DNA of 57,421 nt from a virus (lineage: Duplodnaviria > Caudoviricetes), in the IMG/VR virus record IMGVR_UViG_3300030202_000014, positions 1 to 57,421 of that record, one strand, 5' to 3'. Position numbers and translations under genes: made by a program. Below the pieces are notes generated by a model, which was not told the DNA's origin, searched no databases, and was given only the letters and a program-made list of their open reading frames with translations. Below, in pieces: positions 50,094 to 57,112 of this stretch. The first letter of the stretch is position 1, and every line of letters starts with the position of its first letter.

Positions 50094-50699
50094 TTACACT
50101 GACTTCTTTTGTGTTGCAAGATGTGACTGTAAGTCAGCAATAATGTCTTCGACATTTAAGTTGTGTTGCTGACAATGGTGCAGAATGGTATCTACCATTT
50201 TGGTACGTGACACCATGACGTTGACGTTACGTTGGACAGTAGCACCAGATTTCTTAGCCTTCGGTTCTTTCCAACCGCTATCTGATACTACTGTATCATT
50301 CTGTCCAACATTGGACGGTTCATCTGCTTTAGCAGCATCACGCATAGCCTTCTGCAAAGCAGTGAGGGATGTAAAACCCTTTTTGCTTTTAGCAATGAAG
50401 TCACGACACTCTACTTCGTTTTCAACGAACCACAACGCTTCTGATCGTCTTCTACGATCAATCACATGAACACCATGTGTTGTGAGAGTTTGTCGGGATA
50501 TTTGACCACTATCAAGTGATGATGAAGCTTTCAATTGCTGTAGCAATTTGCCAAGCCGTGTATCAAAGCCAGAGGCTTTTGTAGAAGCTGTCAGACTGTT
50601 AGTCTGTTTCCAGATACGACCAAGGGCTTTGCCCTCTTTGATCATTGCATCAATAGTTGTTCCAACTACTTTGGTTTTTGCTTTAGCTGATTTAGCCAT
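50094..50699 (-). CDS. First early gene, basic protein of unknown function
   Basis: 201 aa, Lys/Arg-rich, AAGGA RBS, first ORF of the leftward arm. Confidence 0.75.
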   Translation of the reverse strand: MAKSAKAKTKVVGTTIDAMIKEGKALGRIWKQTNSLTASTKASGFDTRLGKLLQQLKASSSLDSGQISRQTLTTHGVHVIDRRRRSEALWFVENEVECRDFIAKSKKGFTSLTALQKAMRDAAKADEPSNVGQNDTVVSDSGWKEPKAKKSGATVQRNVNVMVSRTKMVDTILHHCQQHNLNVEDIIADLQSHLATQKKSV

Positions 50700-50710
50700 G
50701 TTACTATCCT

Positions 50711-50815
50711 TTACTATCTTCTGTTACATTAAAGAGAGTTTACTTATATCTCTCACCCTAAAGTGAGATATAATAAACTATCTATGTAACTATAGAAGAT
50801 AAGTAAGTATGTCAA
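50711..50815 (-). promoter_or_regulatory. Long imperfect inverted repeat with adjoining leftward promoter
   Basis: ~45-bp arms around loop CCTAAA (50757-50762); minus-strand TTGACA at 50810-50815. Confidence 0.55.
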
Positions 50816-51391
50816 GCCCTTCTTCATGTGATCCTCTGCGCCTGTCGTTTCATGCGCCACTGCAGCAATCTAAGATTGCGAAGTCCGTGTGTCAAACTCA
50901 CGTGTGTACACGAGGATTGCTAACGTCCAACCTTGGACAGTTGACAATGGACACCCTACCCTATGGGGTAGTATTAGTTTTATGCATCGGCTCTGCAACA
51001 CGTCTTTGTTTCAGTATTTTTGCTATTCATACAGTGTAAACACTGGCAACTGATTGCATAACAGTTGTTTATAGCTTGTAAGTCACTGTAAATGCTTGCA
51101 TTCTGTTTGTGTTGGTGGATTGTCACGCATATGTTGCCTTCACCTACGTGTGTATGTGTGTATATCTGCATGTATGTGCGTGTCAAGCGTGGGTGTGCGT
51201 GGGCCACACGGGGGTGGGGCGTTAGTATGTACACAGAAATACACAGATCAGGAAAAATGAAGTGTTAACCACATTACATATATAGTGGTTTACAGTTTCT
51301 TGTGATCACAAAACTAGGATAACACTTACCTGTGATCACATAATATATATTACACTTTGTTACAATATGTGTGCTACATTACGATTAGGGG

Positions 51392-51421
51392 TTGACATGG
51401 GTCATAGAATGTGTAAAACTA
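51392..51421 (+). promoter_or_regulatory. Rightward sigma70-like promoter
   Basis: TTGACA-N16-TAAAACTA; same pattern again at 51595-51624. Confidence 0.6.
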
Positions 51422-51600
51422 CGTTAGTAGTTAGTTAGCTGCTACACTAACAGTGATACATGTACAATGTAACACTTAATATGTTCTTACATATATACTC
51501 TTATATATACATTAACTATAAATACACTTAACTATAACATGTACAGTGTATATGCCGTTAGGCAAGAACTTTCGTACAATATATAAAATAATTGTTGACA

Positions 51601-51813
51601 ATGGCTAAGAAATCAGTAAAACTATACACAGACAATGTTCTTGAAGAGTTCTATAATCACGTACTCAATGGAACAATAAAAGATTTACATATCCCCCATA
51701 GTGATGTATTCTATGTGCGTGAAGCTGTACAGAACCATTATGGGAGGCCATTTACGTTGGCACACGTAGAATGGGCAATGCGTAAAGAAGGTTGGACAGA
51801 TGGCAACGACTAA
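51601..51813 (+). CDS. Hypothetical protein
   Basis: First ORF of the rightward arm; start uncertain. Confidence 0.6.
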   Translation: MAKKSVKLYTDNVLEEFYNHVLNGTIKDLHIPHSDVFYVREAVQNHYGRPFTLAHVEWAMRKEGWTDGND

Positions 51814-52084
51814 AGATGTAGAACGATTACCCAGTGGTAAATTGAAGTATCGTGGTGAAACATTTCCCGGCTACAACAAACCAAAGCGCACTAGTGGTGG
51901 TTCTAAGAAATCTGCTGTATTAGCAAAGAAGGGTGATCAGGTAAAACTAGTTCGTTTTGGTGATCCTAACATGAGTATCAAAAAAGATGATCCTGCTAGA
52001 CGTAGAAGCTTTCGTGCTAGACATAACTGTGATACAGCCAAAGATAAGTTTACAGCAAGATACTGGAGTTGTAGAGCATGGTAA
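51800..52084 (+). CDS. Basic conserved phage protein
   Basis: GYNKPKRT...VRFGDPNM...SFRARHNC...YWSCRAW. Confidence 0.75.
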   Translation: MATTKDVERLPSGKLKYRGETFPGYNKPKRTSGGSKKSAVLAKKGDQVKLVRFGDPNMSIKKDDPARRRSFRARHNCDTAKDKFTARYWSCRAW

Positions 52085-52788
52085 GCCCGATACAGAAACT
52101 ATTTAAAAAGAAGTTTGTGTCTACGCTAGATGAAGGTCAATCACCTTCTCGTGGTACACTTGATGTAGAGTCAGGCAAAGCAGGTAAAGTAACACAGGCT
52201 ACTGGAACTACAATGAAGGACGCAGCCTCTCTTGGGTCACGTGCTCGTGCTAGGCTTGTTGTTACTTTAGAAAGAATGGCATCAGAGGGTACAATTTCAA
52301 AGAAAGACCAAAAGTTACTTGATAGGTTAAACGAATTATCTGAGCAACAAGATAAGGCACGTACAACTGCAGCAAGTAAAACAAAAACAGATGCACAATC
52401 AAAAGCTAAAGGTGTAAGCCTCGCAGGTGAAGAAGGTGTCATTAAAGCAAAACCAAAAACAAAGTTAAAAGATAGTGACATGATGGTTGGTAATACAACA
52501 AACGGTATTACAAAAGATGGTGAGATTATTGGTAATCCTACTGACAACCAAATGAAAATAGTAATACGTAATATGGAAGCTCGTGAAGCTTTAAGTGCAG
52601 CAGCCAAGGCAAACTTAGCAAAACTAAAACGTATGTCAAAGAAAGACAAACAGGACGCTGCACTCCGTAACATGGAACGTAAACTAAAAGATACAGGGGC
52701 TGACAAATCAGGACGTCCTTTTAATCGTGGTGGCACGTTACGTAATGGACACTCTGACTTTCGTTCTAAGGGATTGTTTTACAAGTGA
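52078..52788 (+). CDS. Basic hypothetical protein
   Basis: 236 aa Lys-rich; ends FNRGG...KGLFYK. Confidence 0.7.
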   Translation: MVSPIQKLFKKKFVSTLDEGQSPSRGTLDVESGKAGKVTQATGTTMKDAASLGSRARARLVVTLERMASEGTISKKDQKLLDRLNELSEQQDKARTTAASKTKTDAQSKAKGVSLAGEEGVIKAKPKTKLKDSDMMVGNTTNGITKDGEIIGNPTDNQMKIVIRNMEAREALSAAAKANLAKLKRMSKKDKQDAALRNMERKLKDTGADKSGRPFNRGGTLRNGHSDFRSKGLFYK

Positions 52789-53312
52789 GCATAGAGGCTG
52801 ATCTTAGGGATTGGTCACAGACTGTGCTAGAAGTTCCCAATGACTCACTGAACGGATTACCTGCCTGTCCATATGCAAAAGAGGCATGGAAACAAAACAA
52901 AGTAAATGTAATCGAAACCCAGAACTTAGGTATTGAAACCATTTGCCAAGCTAGAAAGTTTGACAATACATATGATCTGGTAGTTGTAGCGTCCTATACA
53001 TTTCCATCTCCCTACGCATTTACTGAGTTTATAAATTTTTTAAACGACACTTTTACAAAACAAGATTTGCACATCATGGGGTTTCACCCTGAATACGGTG
53101 CAGAAGATGCAGACTTAGACTTCTTGTATGAAAATGAGTGGGAGTCTGCAATAGAGGATGAATACGCAATGATGTTTATTCAATCTCTATCAAAGGTGGA
53201 TGACGCAAGTCTGAAACTGGAGAAACTAGGATACTACAATGTGTATCCATCTGAAGAGTATCAGACTCTTGTGTTAGATCGAAGAAAACGGAGAACAAGA
53301 CAATGGCAATGA
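52785..53312 (+). CDS. DUF1415-like protein
   Basis: CPYAK and FHPEY motifs; GTG start overlapping the previous stop. Confidence 0.55.
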   Translation: MSIEADLRDWSQTVLEVPNDSLNGLPACPYAKEAWKQNKVNVIETQNLGIETICQARKFDNTYDLVVVASYTFPSPYAFTEFINFLNDTFTKQDLHIMGFHPEYGAEDADLDFLYENEWESAIEDEYAMMFIQSLSKVDDASLKLEKLGYYNVYPSEEYQTLVLDRRKRRTRQWQ

Positions 53313-53443
53313 AACCTCGTGCAATGAAAAAGAAAACACCAATGCGTGGTGGCGGTATGTTAAAGAAAAAGCCAATGATGCGTGGTGGAGGAATGGGCAA
53401 AAAGAAAATGATGCGTGGCGGCATGACTAAAAAGAAAAAGTAA
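53303..53443 (+). CDS. Lys/Met/Gly-rich micro-protein (46 aa)
   Basis: MAMKPRAMKKKTPMRGGGMLKKKPMMRGGGMGKKKMMRGGMTKKKK; GGAG RBS; TAATG coupling. Confidence 0.7.
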   Translation: MAMKPRAMKKKTPMRGGGMLKKKPMMRGGGMGKKKMMRGGMTKKKK

Positions 53444-53631
53444 TGTGGCTTGCTATAGTATTAGCTTGTAGTACACCTTACGCTCAATCATGCATTGTGT
53501 TTGCAAAACAAGAAGAGTTATTTGTTACAGAAGAACTATGCAAAGAAGAAACAGATAAGGTTACACTTATGATGCAGTCACAGGGCATGTTTGCTAGACC
53601 TGCCTGTTTTAAAATTGGAAAAACTTTATAG
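53443..53631 (+). CDS. Small cysteine-containing protein
   Basis: MWLAIVLAC...FVTEELC...C. Confidence 0.65.
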   Translation: MWLAIVLACSTPYAQSCIVFAKQEELFVTEELCKEETDKVTLMMQSQGMFARPACFKIGKTL

Positions 53632-53640
53632 GAAAATAAA

Positions 53641-53991
53641 ATGAAGAAACTATTATTGGCATCTGCAATTGTGGTTGCAGGAACATCAGTGGCAGCAATG
53701 GACTTAGGTTACGGTCTATCTGTTGGCGCAGAAACAGAACTAACATACACAACAGGCAAGGAAACTTGGACAATGGACGTAACACCTTCTATGGGTTTAG
53801 GTGCATACGGAGTTTCTTTTACTGCTGAAACAACTATAGATGTACTAGACCTAAATAATGGTGACATCTTTACAGGTGTAGATTGGAAAGCTGAGTATGT
53901 ATGGAAAGGTATAACAACATATACTGAAGTATCATCTGACGCAGACTTTGAGTTCGGTGATATTACAATGGGTGCAAAGTTAAAATTCTAA
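53641..53991 (+). CDS. Secreted outer-membrane beta-strand protein
   Basis: Signal peptide MKKLLLASAIVVAGTSVAA, amphipathic strands, terminal Phe (GAKLKF). Confidence 0.7.
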   Translation: MKKLLLASAIVVAGTSVAAMDLGYGLSVGAETELTYTTGKETWTMDVTPSMGLGAYGVSFTAETTIDVLDLNNGDIFTGVDWKAEYVWKGITTYTEVSSDADFEFGDITMGAKLKF

Positions 53992-54000
53992 AGGTGATTT

Positions 54001-54129
54001 ATGAAATCAGTACCAAAAGGAAATAAAGGTTTAGCTAAACTACCAAAAACTGTTCGCAATAAAATGGGATACATGAAACGTGGTGGTGTGTTAAAAACAA
54101 AAGCAGCTACACGTAAAAAGAAAAAATAA
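54001..54129 (+). CDS. Basic micro-protein (42 aa)
   Basis: MKSVPKGNKGLAKLPKTVRNKMGYMKRGGVLKTKAATRKKKK; AAGGTG RBS. Confidence 0.7.
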   Translation: MKSVPKGNKGLAKLPKTVRNKMGYMKRGGVLKTKAATRKKKK

Positions 54130-54495
54130 ATGGCAAACCCTGCTACAGCTAAATACTTCACAAAAGCAAAAGACTTATCTGCAACAGCAGGTGGTGCAAG
54201 TGGTGATGTAGTGTACACATGTCCAAACAATCATGTGGCACTCATCACTTTTTTACATGTATCAAATGGTTCTTCAAATAATAAGAAGTACAGTCTTCAA
54301 TGGTATGAAGCAGCCACAACTACCTATCACTTTATTGTAGATGAACACAGCTTATCTTCAAACAGCCTAGAAGAAGTAATACAAGGTGGTGGATACCTAG
54401 CCTTGGCTGCAGGTGATAAGATTGTAGGATTTGAAGACAGTAGTTCTGACTTTCACATTATACTATCTGGTGCGGAGTATTACCAACCGACATAA
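54130..54495 (+). CDS. Beta-rich virion-type protein
   Basis: VYTCP...LAAGDKI pattern, resembling 16464-16775. Confidence 0.6.
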   Translation: MANPATAKYFTKAKDLSATAGGASGDVVYTCPNNHVALITFLHVSNGSSNNKKYSLQWYEAATTTYHFIVDEHSLSSNSLEEVIQGGGYLALAAGDKIVGFEDSSSDFHIILSGAEYYQPT

Positions 54496-54592
54496 CGGAT
54501 ATGCAATTTTTGTGAGTACTCATAGGTCAGCAACTATGATATAACTATCTCCATACGCTGCAATGCAGCGACTAACACTAAAGGAGATAGAT

Positions 54593-54766
54593 ATGAGTGT
54601 AAGACAATTTTTTAAAGATGCTTGGAAGCGTCACGAAATCGCCCAACAAAAACGTGCAGACTTTAGAATACTGCAGATGATGAGTGATAAAGACCTGAAT
54701 GATATTGGCATTGGGCGAGGCGATATAAGGAGAGTTATATATGCCAAAGAAGAAAAGCACAGTTAA
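54593..54766 (+). CDS. DUF1127 (YjiS-like) small protein
   Basis: LQMMSDKDLNDIGIGRGDI signature; AAGGAG RBS. Confidence 0.8.
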   Translation: MSVRQFFKDAWKRHEIAQQKRADFRILQMMSDKDLNDIGIGRGDIRRVIYAKEEKHS

Positions 54767-54920
54767 CGCAGCAGGAAACTATACAAAACCTGCCATGCGT
54801 AAACGCCAGTTTGCTAGAATCAAAGCAGGAACAAAGGGTGGTAGAGCAGGACAATGGAGTGCTCGTAAAGCTCAAATGCTTGCATCTGCTTACAAAAAAG
54901 CAGGTGGTGGTTACAAGTAA
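54741..54920 (+). CDS. Basic protein, DUF5872-like N-terminal half (59 aa)
   Basis: YTKPAMRKR...GGRAGQWSARKAQMLASAYKKAGGGYK; AAGGAG RBS. Confidence 0.7.
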   Translation: MPKKKSTVNAAGNYTKPAMRKRQFARIKAGTKGGRAGQWSARKAQMLASAYKKAGGGYK

Positions 54921-55165
54921 TGGCTCTTGCTAAGTCACAAAAAAGTCTCAAGTCTTGGACGAAACAAAAGTGGAGAACCAAGAGTGGTAAGCCTAGTGCT
55001 AAAACTGGTGAACGTTATTTACCTACTGCGGCTATTAAGTCTCTTAGCAGCAGTGAGTATGCCGCTACAACCAGAGCTAAACGACAAGGCACGAAGGCAG
55101 GTAAGCAGCATGTGGCTCAACCTAAGAAAATCGCAGAAAAAACTAGACGATACAGGAGAACCTAA
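54920..55165 (+). CDS. Basic protein, DUF5872-like C-terminal half
   Basis: SQKSLKSWTKQKWRT...ERYLP. Confidence 0.7.
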   Translation: MALAKSQKSLKSWTKQKWRTKSGKPSAKTGERYLPTAAIKSLSSSEYAATTRAKRQGTKAGKQHVAQPKKIAEKTRRYRRT

Positions 55166-55467
55166 TGGTAGATGAGTATGACCTAGATAAGAATGGTAAA
55201 CTGGATGCTGAAGAGCGAGAGATTTACCTAGAGGACAGACGTAGGCGTATGGAAGATGAAGATGCCAAACGTGATGCCCAACGTAACATGACATGGTTTG
55301 CTTTATCTGGAATGGTTCTATATCCTGCAGCAATACTACTATGTTCAGTAATCGGAATGGAAACAGCAGCAATGTTAATATCTGATATAGCTAATATCTA
55401 TGTTGTATCTGTTTCTGCTCTGGTTGGTGCATACTTTGGTTTTAATGCAATAGGAGCTAAGAAATGA
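55165..55467 (+). CDS. Membrane protein with EF-hand-like N-terminus (holin candidate)
   Basis: DLDKNGKLDAEE followed by two TM helices; in the lysis cluster. Confidence 0.6.
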   Translation: MVDEYDLDKNGKLDAEEREIYLEDRRRRMEDEDAKRDAQRNMTWFALSGMVLYPAAILLCSVIGMETAAMLISDIANIYVVSVSALVGAYFGFNAIGAKK

Positions 55468-55850
55468 TAGGACAATTACTTGGACCAGTATCACAATTAG
55501 CAGGTACGTGGTTAAATGGTAAGGTAGAAGAAAAGGCTGCACAGAATAAAGTGAAGGTAGCCAAGGCAGAAGCGGAAGCTCAGATAATGCTCTCAGCCGC
55601 TACGTCAGAAGCGGAGTGGGAAAAGATAATGGCACAAGGAACCCAGAACTCGTGGAAAGACGAGTATCTGGTTTTGCTTTTTTCAATTCCACTTATCCTT
55701 GCATTTTTACCGTTTGAATGGGCTAACGCAGCAGTAGCAAATGGCTTTGCTGCATTGGAGTCTATGCCCCAATGGTATAGCTATACCTTGGGTGTAATCG
55801 TGGCAAGCAGCTTCGCTGTAAGGTCAGCCACTAAGTTTTTTGGGAAATAA
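55464..55850 (+). CDS. Holin-like membrane protein
   Basis: SWKDEY plus TM helices, directly upstream of the endolysin. Confidence 0.6.
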   Translation: MIGQLLGPVSQLAGTWLNGKVEEKAAQNKVKVAKAEAEAQIMLSAATSEAEWEKIMAQGTQNSWKDEYLVLLFSIPLILAFLPFEWANAAVANGFAALESMPQWYSYTLGVIVASSFAVRSATKFFGK

Positions 55851-55852
55851 TT

Positions 55853-56323
55853 ATGACATTTAAATTATCAAGCAGATCACTAGGTAAACTAGAAGGTGTT
55901 CACCCTGATATGGTGGAGACAGTAAAAAAAGCTATTGAAGTGACTAAAGTAGACTTCGGAGTTACATATGGTGTACGAGATTTGGCAGAGCAAGAGCGTC
56001 TGTTTAAATCTGGACGATCACAGACTATGAAGAGTAAACACCTGATACAAGATACAGGATACTCACATGCTGTAGACCTTGTAGCTTATGATGGCTCAGA
56101 TGTAGTTTGGGAAATAAATGTTTATGATGATATTGCTGATGCAATGAAAGCTGCAGCAAAAGAAGTTGGCTGTGCCATTAAGTGGGGTGCGGCTTGGTCA
56201 GTAGGTAATATAGTAGATTATGGTGGTACAATGGAAGAAGCCATGAATGAATATGTAGACCTACGTAGATCACAAGGAAGACGTCCATTTATTGATGGAC
56301 CGCATTTTGAATTGATGGTATAA
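55853..56323 (+). CDS. Endolysin, M15-family peptidase
   Basis: LEGVHPD, SKH...HAVD, WG..W, DGPHFEL. Confidence 0.9.
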   Translation: MTFKLSSRSLGKLEGVHPDMVETVKKAIEVTKVDFGVTYGVRDLAEQERLFKSGRSQTMKSKHLIQDTGYSHAVDLVAYDGSDVVWEINVYDDIADAMKAAAKEVGCAIKWGAAWSVGNIVDYGGTMEEAMNEYVDLRRSQGRRPFIDGPHFELMV

Positions 56324-56694
56324 TGGCTAGACAACTAACAGAACAGCAACAACAGTTTTTAAACGTATTATTTGAAGAAGCAGGTGGAGATGTTCTCACA
56401 GCAAAAAAGCTTGCAGGATATTCAGATACAACGTCAACGACTAGTGTTGTAAATAGTTTGAAGGAAGAGATTATAGATGCTACTCAAACGTTTTTATCAC
56501 GCAATGCTCCGAAAGCTGCAATGGCAATGGTTGGGGCGTTGTACGATCCTACTGAGCTAGGTATTCGTGATAAGATGCAAGCAGCTAAAGAACTACTTGA
56601 TCGTACTGGTCTTGTAAAGACTGAGAAGATGCAAGTTGAGGCAAAGGGTGGTGTAATGCTTATGCCACCAAAACAAATGGAAGAAGATGACTAA
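56323..56694 (+). CDS. Putative terminase small subunit
   Basis: LTEQQQQFL...AKKLAGYS HTH-like start; AAKELLDRTG. Confidence 0.65.
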   Translation: MARQLTEQQQQFLNVLFEEAGGDVLTAKKLAGYSDTTSTTSVVNSLKEEIIDATQTFLSRNAPKAAMAMVGALYDPTELGIRDKMQAAKELLDRTGLVKTEKMQVEAKGGVMLMPPKQMEEDD

Positions 56695-57112
56695 ACCATT
56701 AAAGCAATGGAAGTTACCCCAACCAACTGACATAAAAGAAGACAACGAGTGGATACCTATTCCACGTATATCACGCACCATTCCTTTTGGATATGATGTA
56801 GACCCCGATGATCCAGACGTACTATTACCGAATGAACATCAGCTAGATATGCTAGAGAAAGCACAGAAGTATTTGAAACAATACTCCTATCGTGAAGTAG
56901 CTAACTGGCTCACAAGAAATACTGGCAGAAGCATTTCGCATGTAGGTTTGAGGAAACGGTTAGACAATGAGCGAAGAAGAAAAAACAAAGTTGGAAGCCT
57001 ACGCAGATGGGCAGACTATGCGAAAAAGGCAATCGCCAAAGCGGAGGAACTCGAAGCCAAAAGGCTCGGAGCAAAAAACCAAAGCAGTCAAGAAGACTCA
57101 AGCGCAGCCTAA
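56687..57112 (+). CDS. HTH-containing protein upstream of TerL
   Basis: IPFGY...SYREVANWL...ISHVGLRKR. Confidence 0.65.
   Translation: MTKPLKQWKLPQPTDIKEDNEWIPIPRISRTIPFGYDVDPDDPDVLLPNEHQLDMLEKAQKYLKQYSYREVANWLTRNTGRSISHVGLRKRLDNERRRKNKVGSLRRWADYAKKAIAKAEELEAKRLGAKNQSSQEDSSAA

Larger units (their letters stand above)
36704..50938. repeat. Dispersed 14-bp palindrome GTCCAA-NN-TTGGAC, 7 copies
   Basis: Copies at 36704, 43409, 47691, 48395, 49645, 50303 and 50925. Confidence 0.9.

Noticed and set aside
51301-51340. TGTGATCACA as CRP/FNR sites
   Set aside because: The half-sites lack the required 6-bp spacer
54512-54523. Match to the SlmA binding site GTGAGTACTCAC
   Set aside because: Imperfect match and an unlikely host group; kept only as a generic palindrome
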